IMG/VR virus record: IMGVR_UViG_3300031813_000006
Location: 59,598-123,597 of that record
Direction: 5' to 3' (one strand)
Length of the DNA: 64,000 nucleotides
Source: a virus
Lineage: Duplodnaviria; Caudoviricetes
The notes below the pieces were generated by a model, which made no database searches, had not been told where the DNA came from, and saw only the letters and a list, made by a program, of their open reading frames with translations. The translations under genes were made by a program, and so were the position numbers. Positions 1 through 10,919 of this stretch are shown piece after piece (position 1 is the first letter of the stretch; each line of letters opens with the position of its first letter).

Positions 1-2628
1 TTTTAATCTGATCAACTGTTCATACGGTCCTATTTTAGAATTTGTATAAAACCTATTATCAACTACCTGTCTGCCATCTGGATTCTTTACAGGTATCAAT
101 GTTGAAATTCCTTCTTTGATAATCTTATCATAGATTTCTTTATTAGGAATTGCATCCATGTTTGTTTTACCTGTGAAATGCTTTCTTAACCAATCATGAT
201 TTGGTATGATTGTGTACATTGTATAGTTATCATCTCCTGCGGCTACAGCACTAAATCTAACATTAGCTGCTGGAGCATTCTTATCAACTTTCTTATCATT
301 TTTATCATTTTCATCTTTTAAAAGCCTCCTACAATCATTTATATAGTCTTTAAAAATCTTTCTTGAAATCTCACCGTAAACACCTTCATTAGATTTGACA
401 TCATTTTTCAAGATGTTTGCACCACCTATTACATAATGTATATTAGGATTATTCTCTTCTTTATCAAGATTGTCACCAAGTGAAATTAATGAGTTATTAG
501 ACTCTGAAGTATTCCAAGAAGCATCATGACTAAGTTGTACTATATTGGAACCCATTCTACCTCCTGTTTGTTTAGATAAAGCATAGCTTCCATTCCAAAC
601 CTTTATTTGGTAGTTAGGGTCATTAGATAAACCATCAGGATGATTATATAACTCATTGTATTTAGCTTTTGTCTTATTAAAAGCTTCATCAACTTGTTTA
701 TCAGTATAATGAGGGTTGTATTTTTTAAAGGTTGATTTCCATTCATAATCACCCATCAACTCTCCATCATGCTCTCCTCTTCTTCTGATATCTGAATTCC
801 CTTTAACATATAATTGCAAACCTGCTTTTTCTTCATTGGTAAGTAAACCTTTACCTTCATATTCAGCATAATGCTTAATAGCAAGGTTATTACCAGTCAT
901 TAGTTTTGTATAACCTTTCCAAAGTTCACCCTTAAGATTTATGTCATTCTCTTTCTGAGAAAGTTCATTTAATAGTTCAGGACTAAATAAATCTTTTTGA
1001 CTGCCATGAATAAGACCTTGGGCTTTAGCCAATATTTGAATATAATCATTAGGATCAGAATCCAAATGTGGTTTTAATGTGTTTTTAATAGGGTCATAGT
1101 ATTTCCCAAAAATACTAATTAAATTATTTTTAGCATCTGTTTGTTCAGCAGGAGTATGTGTAGAAGTATTTCTACCTCTATAAAAATCAAAGATTTGACT
1201 TAGATATCCAGTAGCAGCTTGTTTATAACCATCTTTACTTTCTCCTAATGCAGACTCAACACTATTTAATTCACTTACAGGGTTTACAGTAGTAGTACCA
1301 ACTCTTATACCTAAGTTTTGATAAACGTTTGCAGAAATGGGACCGTTATTGCTATGATCTACAATCTTATTTTTAGCGGTCAATTTAATCATTTCTAATT
1401 TTTGATTATAGCCAAATTCCTTTTCCATCTCATCTAACTTATATTGATGAGCCATGCTTTGTAATGCAAAAGGATCTCCAGTCATTGAATCTTTATGGGT
1501 CATCATAGAATAATCTGCCGCAGCCTTATAAGCATCTCTTCTGAGATATTCATTTGCTAAAGCACCTTCTATTCTATTTCTTATAACATCTTTATTAGCT
1601 CCTAGCATTGCATTTTTATCTAGGTAGTTTAAAGTTGATTGGTTATGATCTCTGACTGCAGCTATTCTATCTAATTGGTCCTGGTAATCTTGTACTGCAC
1701 CTGTTGCACCTTTAGGATCAACGGATGTATTGTTTTCAAGTTTACTTTTTAGTATAGCATTTTTTGCTGTAAGGGACTGAGTATGACCATCTAAAGAAGC
1801 ATTAGATTGGTTAGCGCGTCTGTCCAATTCTTTAGAGAATGTATTCAGGTACACGTTCTCTGCGGCATCTTCTGAACCATATTGTTGGGCATTACTTTTA
1901 ATAAAGTTCTTTCTATCAACATAAGCTTGCGTCCTAGCATAATCTAATGCTTTAGAATTCTGAGTAGAATGAGCTAATAAAAAGTCAGTTAATGGAAGAA
2001 TTAATTGGTTACCATTACTAGTAGTATGGATATATCCGTCTTTTACATATGAACTAGTGGTTCCTATTCCTAGATCTTTGGCCAATTGTAATGCATCAGC
2101 AGTGGTATCAACCATTGGTGTAAATTTAGGCATTGGCATACCCATGGAACTTTCTCTACTTGCATTTTTAAAGTCATCTGCTCTATAATGAAGAGCTTGA
2201 ACTGCAACATCTGAATAACCTCCTCCGCACTTCTTAGGATCTATACAGTTTCTAAATCCTTCAGCAGTTTGTAATTCATTATGATACTTTTTAGTAAACA
2301 TCATATCATACTGAAGATTTTTATCATCTAGTAATGGTTGAAATACTTTATATGCTGAGTTAACATTTTCTTCAAGAGATAGGTCCATTCCTGCAATCTT
2401 CTGAATATTCTCATGAATATCCTTAAACATCTTGTCTCTATTTTGAGTATTGTCATCCCGGGTTAACGGAGCATTCAATAATGTACCATAGATACCACTT
2501 AGTTTGTTTAAACCTTGTTGATACTGACCTTCTTTCTTTTCCAAAGCCCCTTGATAAAAGTTTAAATCAGGTCTAAACGGTTGAATATCAGGAATATAGT
2601 CATTAGAACCTTGTAAGTAAGATGCCAT
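1..2628 (-). CDS. Large virion cargo/ejection protein, crAss-like (3' end lies outside the window)
   Basis: ATG at 2628 reads MASYLQGSNDYIPDIQPFRPDLNFYQGALEKKEGQYQQG...; absence from the ORF track is consistent with no stop before the edge; follows two other cargo-type genes. Confidence 0.7.
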   Translation of the reverse strand, partial: MASYLQGSNDYIPDIQPFRPDLNFYQGALEKKEGQYQQGLNKLSGIYGTLLNAPLTRDDNTQNRDKMFKDIHENIQKIAGMDLSLEENVNSAYKVFQPLLDDKNLQYDMMFTKKYHNELQTAEGFRNCIDPKKCGGGYSDVAVQALHYRADDFKNASRESSMGMPMPKFTPMVDTTADALQLAKDLGIGTTSSYVKDGYIHTTSNGNQLILPLTDFLLAHSTQNSKALDYARTQAYVDRKNFIKSNAQQYGSEDAAENVYLNTFSKELDRRANQSNASLDGHTQSLTAKNAILKSKLENNTSVDPKGATGAVQDYQDQLDRIAAVRDHNQSTLNYLDKNAMLGANKDVIRNRIEGALANEYLRRDAYKAAADYSMMTHKDSMTGDPFALQSMAHQYKLDEMEKEFGYNQKLEMIKLTAKNKIVDHSNNGPISANVYQNLGIRVGTTTVNPVSELNSVESALGESKDGYKQAATGYLSQIFDFYRGRNTSTHTPAEQTDAKNNLISIFGKYYDPIKNTLKPHLDSDPNDYIQILAKAQGLIHGSQKDLFSPELLNELSQKENDINLKGELWKGYTKLMTGNNLAIKHYAEYEGKGLLTNEEKAGLQLYVKGNSDIRRRGEHDGELMGDYEWKSTFKKYNPHYTDKQVDEAFNKTKAKYNELYNHPDGLSNDPNYQIKVWNGSYALSKQTGGRMGSNIVQLSHDASWNTSESNNSLISLGDNLDKEENNPNIHYVIGGANILKNDVKSNEGVYGEISRKIFKDYINDCRRLLKDENDKNDKKVDKNAPAANVRFSAVAAGDDNYTMYTIIPNHDWLRKHFTGKTNMDAIPNKEIYDKIIKEGISTLIPVKNPDGRQVVDNRFYTNSKIGPYEQLIRLK

Positions 2629-2702
2629 AATATTTAAGTTTCAGTAAATTTAATGATAAATTTTAAAAAGTTAATAAACATTTTGGTTTAAACTTTTAAA
2701 GT

Positions 2703-5700
2703 TTATTGATTTGGAGTGTAACCATATTGAGGCGCCTGTTGGGGTTCTCTCCTACCGGCTGACCCCCATGCATTTAAATATGCTTGATTAGGATCAGGAT
2801 AAGAACTAGGATGTTTACCATACGCGTTTAATACTTGACCCATAGAAATAGAAGGATCTGAAGCATGTAGTTTGGTCCACAAATTAGTTAAATGATCAGA
2901 CTCATCTGGTATATTAGATGGATCAAATGACTTCCTATGGGGATTGAAAACTAAGTTGCCTCCTGTAGAAGGATCTATTTGATAATCAGGATATAAAGAA
3001 TTAAGTACCTGAGTATTAGCTCTATTGGTAATAGCATTAACGTAATTAGACCTAAGAACATCTTTAGCATGCCTTTTAGCATTGTCATAATTCTCATTAG
3101 CTCTAGTGGTATCATCATAAAGTTTAGACGCTAGGCTAGCATTGTATTGATCTGTCTTTTGCATTATATCACCTTTAAGTGAAGAGAATGCATTAGCAGC
3201 CTGTACATTTTGATTTTGTTCTTGAGATAATGTATCTGCTACATGTTTACTAGCTTCACCTTGCATTTGAGAAAAAGAAGCAGCATATTGTCTTGGATCA
3301 CCAAATGCTGCGGCACCCATAGCTCCAATATTAGCAGCTTCCATTACTCCTGCTGCTTGTCTAGTAAAGTCATGGAATGTAGGATCTGGTACATTAGGTG
3401 CAACAGGACGACCCCATGGCATATACTTTTTAAGACTTGCCAAGTTACCTGCGGCTGCTGCGGTATTTATTACATCTTGTTTATAGAATTGAGGATCTCT
3501 AGGTTGAACAGCTTGTGGACTATAAGAAGGTTTTTTAACTTCTTCAGTAACTGGTGCACTTACTTTATTAGCTGGTGTACTTGCATTAAGAGCTGGTGCA
3601 CTAAATGTACCTAATCCCCACATATCATCTTTCCTCCAATGAGCTGATGAAGAAGCATCTCCGGTAAAGTAGTCTTCCTTCATACCCATCTTCTTACCAT
3701 ACTTATTATAAGCATCATGAAACTTGTCTACAGCTCCTTGTATTTTGTTACCATTTTTATCATATGGTGCCCAATCCGGATTTTCTTTAAAGAACCATGC
3801 ATGACGTTGTTTAAAATCTTGTTGTGCTTCAGGGTTATTCCATAATTTTAAAGTATCAAGGTCATGTTGCATTGCCGGTACAAATAGTTGCATTAAATCT
3901 TTTCTAGGTAACCTAGCATCATTACCAGGTAAACCTTGTCTAGCATCTAAAGCTTCCATATATTCTTGACGGTATAAAGGTTTTGCGTCAGCTTCTGGAT
4001 TCTGTATAGGTGTTGCAGATTTCACCGCAACTTGTTTAGGTTGTGGATTAGATTCAGGTTGAACATTGTAATTAGGGTCATATGCAGGATTAGTTTTTAA
4101 TTTATCTAAAGCCCATTTTTCAGGTACATGTGTTTTTGTACCTTTATTTTTATCCTCTGCCATCCAAATATCATTTCCTTTTTCATCTTTTGTCTTATAG
4201 ATTATTTTACCATCAACTCCAGTTTTTCCTCCACTACCAAATCTATTTAAACTTCCACCATCTCTAAAACCTACAACATTTAAAGAATCTACAACAGATT
4301 TATATTTAGGCTGTGTAGTGTTTACAGGTTGTCTAACATTAGATGAATCAATTAATGGAGGACCTACATTATAATATTCTTGTTGTGGTGCATGATACAA
4401 ACTATTAAGAGTATCTTGAACTTGTTGATTAACCACATTATCTGGTATAGAATTAACAGTACCCATTGTTGGAGTATCAGATCCTCTATTCATTGCTTGC
4501 TGACGCATCCATTCTGAAACAGTTGGGCGTATAAAATTCTTTGTTTCACCTAAAGGTATTTGTTTAAGCACGTCTGTTATAGCTTTTGTTTTTTCAGTTG
4601 CATACTTTCCAAATTTCTTTCCAGCAACACCTGCAAGTTGTCCAGCTATTTTACCATATTCTATACCATGTTTTACTGCTTCAGGAATAGCACCAAAAGC
4701 TTTATCAGTGACTGCTGTTGGACCTAAACCTTTTAATGAAGGAAATATTAGGGAGCCTGGTTGTCTTTCACCTACTGGTGCTACAAGTGATGTTTTTGAA
4801 GGAGTTGATGCTTTAAAAGATTCTAATCTCTTAGCAGCCTCAGCTTCTGTCATAGCACCTGATTTAACAGCTTTATCTAATGTCTCTTCTACAGCTTTAC
4901 GTTCTGCTTCTTGTTTGGCAAGACCTGATGTTACATCTTGAATAGCAGCAGTAGTAGCATCTTTACCTAAACCTTTCCATGCCATATTTCCTAAACCACC
5001 TGCTAAGTCACTTACAAAAAGCGGATCTACAAAGTTTAAAGCCGTTGCTGCAGCTCCTGATAGTTGAGGGTTATATCTCTTTACAGTTTGAGAAAATGGT
5101 TCATATAAACCTGTTAAAAGATTATTTAACTCATTTTGACCCATGGTTAAACCAGCACCTAAATAATCCATAATACCTTTAGCTTTCCAAGGGTGTGTTA
5201 GTTTATCCTCATCTTCTAACATTCTAGGGTCTTGAGTAGAATTATCCCAAGGTCTTTGAAATAAATTAGTATGAGTAACTCTATCCCAGTAACCTGAATA
5301 TGGAGCATTTGGATCAAAGCGTTTTTTAACTTCCTCAGGATTCTTATTTGTTGTATTAAATAACATACTAGGATCTGAAAGCATACTGTAAGCACCTATT
5401 AAAGAATTCTTTAAGTCAGGATGTTCTACAGGTTGCTGAGGTTCTTGTTGTGGTTGATAAGGATGTACCTGATGAGAAGGTTTAAGTTCTCTTTGCATTT
5501 GGCTTTGCTTAGCATACCATTCAGCTTGAGCTTGGCGTTTAGCTGCACTATATGGGTCCAATAAATGATCTTCATACTCTTCTTGTGAGTTATATCCACC
5601 ATCTTGCATTAATGCGTTTCCAAAGTTAGCCCATGGTTGAGGACGGCTTCCACCATTAGCCATTATAAAACCATATCTTCCTTGTGGTTGATTTTGTGAC

Positions 5701-6359
5701 TCAGGAGACATATCTTGAGACTCTGCTTCTTGAGTTCCTGGTTTACCTTTAATAGGTAACATCTGAGCCGGATCTATTGCAGCATGCATCAAATACGGTA
5801 ATGACATAGCAGGAATACCTTGAGGGAAGCCTTTCTTTGCTTCTTGAATAAGACCTAACTTACCAAGCTTTAGATTGTAATTAGCAATCATCATTTCTGC
5901 CGTATTCCTTTGTATAGGATCCGTAACTGACGGGTCAGCTAAAATAGCACGGTATTGATTAATATCATACTGTTTAGCAATATCAGCAGGAGTATATTTC
6001 TTATTAGGATTTTTTCCAAAATCCTGCACAGCGGGACCACCAATCTTCATCTTATTTGTGTCAGAGAAGATAAAACTGTCATCAGGTAAATTAAGAGGAG
6101 TTCCACCTTCTGAGTGTCTTTTACCTCCTATTTTATAATGAGCCGCAAGTCCCTGAGCATCAGGAACATAAGCTGTCTCACCCTTTTCAGCTTCCAAATT
6201 AGCATCTTCTCTATCTACTGGTTGAAGAGTAGATTGAGCTGCTAATTCAGGTTCTGCCATCATATTTGGTTTATAGATGGGGTAAATCATATTACCATTA
6301 ACACCTAATCCTTCTTTACGGATCTTTGGAAGCCTAGTGACTTTAACTTTCTTTATCAT
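2703..6359 (-). CDS. Virion cargo/ejection protein (1218 aa)
   Basis: N-terminal EAEKGE...GGKRHSEGG...FIFSD motif typical of crAss-like cargo proteins; Gln/Pro-rich linkers, central hydrophobic helices, helical C-terminus; position after muzzle. Confidence 0.7.
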   Translation of the reverse strand: MIKKVKVTRLPKIRKEGLGVNGNMIYPIYKPNMMAEPELAAQSTLQPVDREDANLEAEKGETAYVPDAQGLAAHYKIGGKRHSEGGTPLNLPDDSFIFSDTNKMKIGGPAVQDFGKNPNKKYTPADIAKQYDINQYRAILADPSVTDPIQRNTAEMMIANYNLKLGKLGLIQEAKKGFPQGIPAMSLPYLMHAAIDPAQMLPIKGKPGTQEAESQDMSPESQNQPQGRYGFIMANGGSRPQPWANFGNALMQDGGYNSQEEYEDHLLDPYSAAKRQAQAEWYAKQSQMQRELKPSHQVHPYQPQQEPQQPVEHPDLKNSLIGAYSMLSDPSMLFNTTNKNPEEVKKRFDPNAPYSGYWDRVTHTNLFQRPWDNSTQDPRMLEDEDKLTHPWKAKGIMDYLGAGLTMGQNELNNLLTGLYEPFSQTVKRYNPQLSGAAATALNFVDPLFVSDLAGGLGNMAWKGLGKDATTAAIQDVTSGLAKQEAERKAVEETLDKAVKSGAMTEAEAAKRLESFKASTPSKTSLVAPVGERQPGSLIFPSLKGLGPTAVTDKAFGAIPEAVKHGIEYGKIAGQLAGVAGKKFGKYATEKTKAITDVLKQIPLGETKNFIRPTVSEWMRQQAMNRGSDTPTMGTVNSIPDNVVNQQVQDTLNSLYHAPQQEYYNVGPPLIDSSNVRQPVNTTQPKYKSVVDSLNVVGFRDGGSLNRFGSGGKTGVDGKIIYKTKDEKGNDIWMAEDKNKGTKTHVPEKWALDKLKTNPAYDPNYNVQPESNPQPKQVAVKSATPIQNPEADAKPLYRQEYMEALDARQGLPGNDARLPRKDLMQLFVPAMQHDLDTLKLWNNPEAQQDFKQRHAWFFKENPDWAPYDKNGNKIQGAVDKFHDAYNKYGKKMGMKEDYFTGDASSSAHWRKDDMWGLGTFSAPALNASTPANKVSAPVTEEVKKPSYSPQAVQPRDPQFYKQDVINTAAAAGNLASLKKYMPWGRPVAPNVPDPTFHDFTRQAAGVMEAANIGAMGAAAFGDPRQYAASFSQMQGEASKHVADTLSQEQNQNVQAANAFSSLKGDIMQKTDQYNASLASKLYDDTTRANENYDNAKRHAKDVLRSNYVNAITNRANTQVLNSLYPDYQIDPSTGGNLVFNPHRKSFDPSNIPDESDHLTNLWTKLHASDPSISMGQVLNAYGKHPSSYPDPNQAYLNAWGSAGRREPQQAPQYGYTPNQ

Positions 6360-6363
6360 ATTA

Positions 6364-6371
6364 CAAAGATA
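6364..6371 (-). promoter_or_regulatory. Bacteroidota-type -7 promoter box (TATCTTTG); others at 20520, 27436, 32737, 40868, 51180
   Basis: TAnnTTTG consensus found just upstream of at least six late-gene starts. Confidence 0.65.
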
Positions 6372-6377
6372 TTAAGA

Positions 6378-9300
6378 TTAATCCAAATATTCAACGGTTC
6401 CACCTTCTGCTAGTATTCTTTCTATTTCATTTTCATCTAAATAATACTCTCCACCTTCTTGAAAACCGCCCATTGCAAAACTTCCACCAAATCTAGCCAT
6501 TGATTGAAACTGAGCAGGGGTTTGTTGATTCTCTCTAAATCTTCCAGAATTGATATCATAATCACCTCTTGAACCTGCATTAGGAGGTATAGCAGTAAAC
6601 GCCATATCAGCATGAGTTCTATTTTGAGCTTGTTGTTGAGCATGTAACATATCAGGTATATTAGCCATGGAAGTTAATGCTTCCATACCGGCCAATCCCC
6701 AATTAACAGTGTCTTCAGGATTATAATGAGTGTGTCTATTGAAACTAACAGTTTGTCCCGGTTGAGTATAGTTTTCATTAAATCCTCTTGGTGCAACTCT
6801 AGGTTGATTTTGAGTTTGCCATCCATCCATAGTAATCTGTTGAGGATCATTAGATGAGGTAGGTCTTTGAATTGGATCTTGGACAAATGAGTTAACACCC
6901 CAGTTACTACCCGCACCTGAAATACTTACTGCATTATTAGGGGTAATTACTGAACCTACGTCAGCTCTTTTTAAAGAACCACCTCTTTTTTTAGAAGATG
7001 TGTTTTCAAATGGAACACCTACTTGAGCAGGAGGTTGATAATTAGCAAAAGTATCTTGTTCTTCAGAAAGAGGTTTATTTACAGGATTGTTTGTAGGTAA
7101 ATTATAATCAGCTTTCTTAGAATAGTTTACAGGTTCTTGGTAAGGTGTTACAGAACCAAATCCTGCAGGTTTTCTAAAGTTCATAGTAATCTGCTTAGGA
7201 GAACTCTTATCTAACCAACCATACTTCATATCAGTACTTGCTAAGTATTGATTAGGATCTAAAGCTTGTAAGTGTTCTGTTTGACCTCTATGAAAAGGAT
7301 GATAAGGAGATTCCATATGATTAGTAGGAATCATTGTATTCATAGGAAACCAAGATGAACTACTATTCTGCCAATGATTTGGTTGAACATTTATATTAGT
7401 AGGATATTGACCTTGTTGAGCATTTCTTGTTTGATAGAAATGACCAGGTGTTCTTCCTGTTTGAATAGGTTGTTGAGGTTGATATTGTGGGTTACCATAT
7501 TGATAAGGATGTGTATTCTGTTGTTGTACATATTGATCATATGTAGGAATATCATTACTACCTCCTCCTTGAAATGTATTAATCATACCATATTTACCTT
7601 TTGGATTCTGTACAGACGCATCATATCCAACGCGTTTATTCATGTTTCTATTAACAGTTTCTTCAAAGAAGGTATTAAAACTTTTACCAACATTTGCATT
7701 ATTACGTGCTTGTTGGGCCGCCAAGTTAAAATTGTTATTAACTCCTTGATATCCAAAGTCATTAGTTTGTCCCGGGGCTGTAGCTAACATTCCTCCTCCA
7801 TCTTGTCTCCAGTCCATTAAACCAGTATTTTCCCATCTTCTTTCTCCACCATAAGCCATTTTACTATAAAAAGAATCAGGTGTAAGATCAGGTATAGAAA
7901 TATCTCCTCCCATAGCATAAGCCATATCAGGATTATAAAAACCACCTTGTTGCATGTAACCACCTGGTTCATACATATATTGATCACCACCTACATTACC
8001 TCCTTCTTCATGTTTCCATTTAGCTGCGTTCCTTGCAAAGTTTGCCATTTGTCTTACATGAGGATCTCTAGAATGCAAAGCTTCTTCTGTAGTTTTACCT
8101 GTACGTTTTTTATATGCTGTAAATCTTCCTTCATGAGATTTCTTAATATGAATTCCACCTTTCTTCATTCCTTCTCCTTGTTGTTCTTGCATTTCTCCAT
8201 GAGATACAATACTGCCGTCAGGCATATGATGAAAGATAGCATGCGGTACAAGTTCTTTATGAAGCGCGTCCATACTCATATTATGAATAAGCTCTAAAAA
8301 GTTATTCTTCTTATCAGTAAAGATATCATTATCTTCAGATTGAAAACCTGAACCACCTTCTTTAGCCATCATTGATGGTATAGAATCCAAATGATTTGCA
8401 CGGTTTGCAGCGTTGCTTCCACCCCATGCTCTTGAGAATGTGTTTTTCATAAGATTTATATTAGAACCACCGCGGGCCATTGTAACTTCATTAATTCTAC
8501 TTCTTTCTGAATAATCAAATGGTTTATGTGATTTATTAAAATGTGTACCACCATGTTTTTCATAATCTACTTGAGAGACAGTGTTATTAACACCATTTAA
8601 TTTATTCCAATAGTTCTCTACATAATCTCTTAATTCTTTATCCTTCTTAAGATCTTCTATATTATTTGCAACAGTTTTTAAATAATTAGGGTCTTTAGGA
8701 TTATAGTGATCCATTTCACCATTTTTCCATCTTAATGCTAAATTATCATATGCATTACCCGGTAAGTTTCTTTGTTGATTAATAATATGTTTTTTATAAT
8801 TTTCAACATCTTTTTGAGTAAACGTTTCATCAAGTGAGTTTGGATTATTTGTCCAATACATCCAACCTTGATCTAATTTTTCATGATCTATTTCATCATG
8901 ATTTTTTTCACCATAATATCTAATATACTCAGGATGAAGTTTTAATGCATAATCCCAATTACTTATTGAAGTAGTTAATGAGTGTGGATCATATGGATAC
9001 GGAATTCCTCTGCCAATATAAGGATCTTCTTTAAAAGTACTTTCTGTCCCTATTGTTCCAATTGGATTCCAAGGACTATCTAATCCTTGTCTATGTGAAG
9101 CCACCATACTTGAATCTAATTCAGCAGTATTTACACTACCTGTATTAAAATTACCATGATGTAACTTTATATTTCTGTTACTTGGAACATATTTATCTCT
9201 TTTATCATTTTGTTTTGCAGTCTCAAAATCTACATTATTAAGTTGAGGTGTAAAACGCGGAACATATTTTTCTTCTGGAGGTAATTGAGATTGTACAAAA

Positions 9301-10919
9301 ACAGCCTTTAATGGGTTATAAGGTTCACCATTAGGTTTTAATAAACCTCCTGTTTGATAAGTATTTACTGCTTCCCAAATTCTAGGTTTCCAAGTAGCAA
9401 AATATGCAGGATTAGGAACACCACCTTGCTGAAATTGAGGAGTATCACTAGGTATTGCCAATCCTGCACCTGTTTGACGATTGGTATTAAACATGTCATA
9501 TTGAGAACTTGATAATACATGGTTTTTATTAGCACTAGGTTTTGCAGAATAACTTCCTACATCATGGTAAGCTATGATTAAATCTTTAGGATCAATCTTA
9601 TAATCTTGTATGATTTTATCAGCCTGAGATTTGATTTGATTAACTGAACCTGCAAAATCTATTGCAACATTCTTACCATCAATTAAAAATACAACACTAT
9701 TTCCTCCAAATTTACCATAGGCATCTTTTGTACCTTTAGGTGAAATGAAATAAGTCTGTTTATTATCTTTAGTATATAATGTTTTAATACTACTATTGAA
9801 TCCTTTAGCGGGACCTTCTGAATTCCAATTGATATCTGTATATCTATATTGACGTAAAGAATCTGCTAGTTTAGGTAATGGTTTCTTTTGATTTTCTAAA
9901 TCTTCTAACTCTGATTTTTTAATGTATTTGATATTAACTTTACCATCAGGTAATTTAGAATATTGTGTAAAATAAGGGTCTGTAATGGTAGAACCAGGGT
10001 TATCAGCTTTCCAAGTTGAAGCTTTATCTCTTTGATGAAACCATTGAGTTTCACTATCATCTACAGGTTTATCTTTTACAATGTCATAATCATATAGAAA
10101 ATGTGCCATATGATTGACATTTGGATATGTTTTATTAACACTTATTGGTTCAGTAGGTACATAATTAAAACCTTTATTGTTATCAAATACATTTATATAA
10201 GATACAAACCCATCTTTTGTTTTACCTAATTGCTTATAAAAAGGTTTAACTTCTGTATCTGGCTTTAATGAATCAGCTGTAGGTTTACTAATGCTATCTT
10301 GTTTAGTTTTAAGATCAACTGTATTGTTTTTAATAGTATCTACTAAATCATGAGCATCTTTTAAACCATATTTTACAAGTCCTCTATTTATTTGATAATA
10401 AATATTACTCAACCAATTATTAGAATCTTCAGAAGGTAAATTAGAATTTTGTGGATTATAACCAATACCTGGACTTCCTGCATTAGTCTGTACAGAATAA
10501 GTAGAAGGTGTTTGTTCTTCAATTACTTTAAGATTAGGGTAATAATCAGGTGCTATAACTTTAAATAATTTCTCCTCAAGTTTATTTCTTTCAGATTTAG
10601 ATGAATTATCATAATTAGGCAACTGTATATAAGAAGGTTGTGCTGAACCACCCCCTTGAAATTGTGGATACTCTGTTACAGAATCCCCAGGAAATTGATA
10701 ATGCATTCCTGGATACATCATCTGACTATTACCTAGATTATCAATACCATGTACTGGATAATCAACTCCTTGCATGGTAATATCACCTGAAGGAATTTTA
10801 GTTATTTGTCCAGGGTATTTCCATTGTCCTTCAGGAGAATACAATACATCTTTACTATAAGGATTTTTAATCCCTTTAGCAGTAGATTCAACTTTTATCT
10901 TTCCTTTATTAAAACTCAT
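6378..10919 (-). CDS. Modular virion cargo protein (1513 aa) with a possible lysozyme/SLT-like domain
   Basis: Long low-complexity protein punctuated by xxGG motifs; contains GIHIKKSHEGRFT...ANFARNAAKWKH module seen in crAss-like virion proteins. Confidence 0.65.
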   Translation of the reverse strand: MSFNKGKIKVESTAKGIKNPYSKDVLYSPEGQWKYPGQITKIPSGDITMQGVDYPVHGIDNLGNSQMMYPGMHYQFPGDSVTEYPQFQGGGSAQPSYIQLPNYDNSSKSERNKLEEKLFKVIAPDYYPNLKVIEEQTPSTYSVQTNAGSPGIGYNPQNSNLPSEDSNNWLSNIYYQINRGLVKYGLKDAHDLVDTIKNNTVDLKTKQDSISKPTADSLKPDTEVKPFYKQLGKTKDGFVSYINVFDNNKGFNYVPTEPISVNKTYPNVNHMAHFLYDYDIVKDKPVDDSETQWFHQRDKASTWKADNPGSTITDPYFTQYSKLPDGKVNIKYIKKSELEDLENQKKPLPKLADSLRQYRYTDINWNSEGPAKGFNSSIKTLYTKDNKQTYFISPKGTKDAYGKFGGNSVVFLIDGKNVAIDFAGSVNQIKSQADKIIQDYKIDPKDLIIAYHDVGSYSAKPSANKNHVLSSSQYDMFNTNRQTGAGLAIPSDTPQFQQGGVPNPAYFATWKPRIWEAVNTYQTGGLLKPNGEPYNPLKAVFVQSQLPPEEKYVPRFTPQLNNVDFETAKQNDKRDKYVPSNRNIKLHHGNFNTGSVNTAELDSSMVASHRQGLDSPWNPIGTIGTESTFKEDPYIGRGIPYPYDPHSLTTSISNWDYALKLHPEYIRYYGEKNHDEIDHEKLDQGWMYWTNNPNSLDETFTQKDVENYKKHIINQQRNLPGNAYDNLALRWKNGEMDHYNPKDPNYLKTVANNIEDLKKDKELRDYVENYWNKLNGVNNTVSQVDYEKHGGTHFNKSHKPFDYSERSRINEVTMARGGSNINLMKNTFSRAWGGSNAANRANHLDSIPSMMAKEGGSGFQSEDNDIFTDKKNNFLELIHNMSMDALHKELVPHAIFHHMPDGSIVSHGEMQEQQGEGMKKGGIHIKKSHEGRFTAYKKRTGKTTEEALHSRDPHVRQMANFARNAAKWKHEEGGNVGGDQYMYEPGGYMQQGGFYNPDMAYAMGGDISIPDLTPDSFYSKMAYGGERRWENTGLMDWRQDGGGMLATAPGQTNDFGYQGVNNNFNLAAQQARNNANVGKSFNTFFEETVNRNMNKRVGYDASVQNPKGKYGMINTFQGGGSNDIPTYDQYVQQQNTHPYQYGNPQYQPQQPIQTGRTPGHFYQTRNAQQGQYPTNINVQPNHWQNSSSSWFPMNTMIPTNHMESPYHPFHRGQTEHLQALDPNQYLASTDMKYGWLDKSSPKQITMNFRKPAGFGSVTPYQEPVNYSKKADYNLPTNNPVNKPLSEEQDTFANYQPPAQVGVPFENTSSKKRGGSLKRADVGSVITPNNAVSISGAGSNWGVNSFVQDPIQRPTSSNDPQQITMDGWQTQNQPRVAPRGFNENYTQPGQTVSFNRHTHYNPEDTVNWGLAGMEALTSMANIPDMLHAQQQAQNRTHADMAFTAIPPNAGSRGDYDINSGRFRENQQTPAQFQSMARFGGSFAMGGFQEGGEYYLDENEIERILAEGGTVEYLD

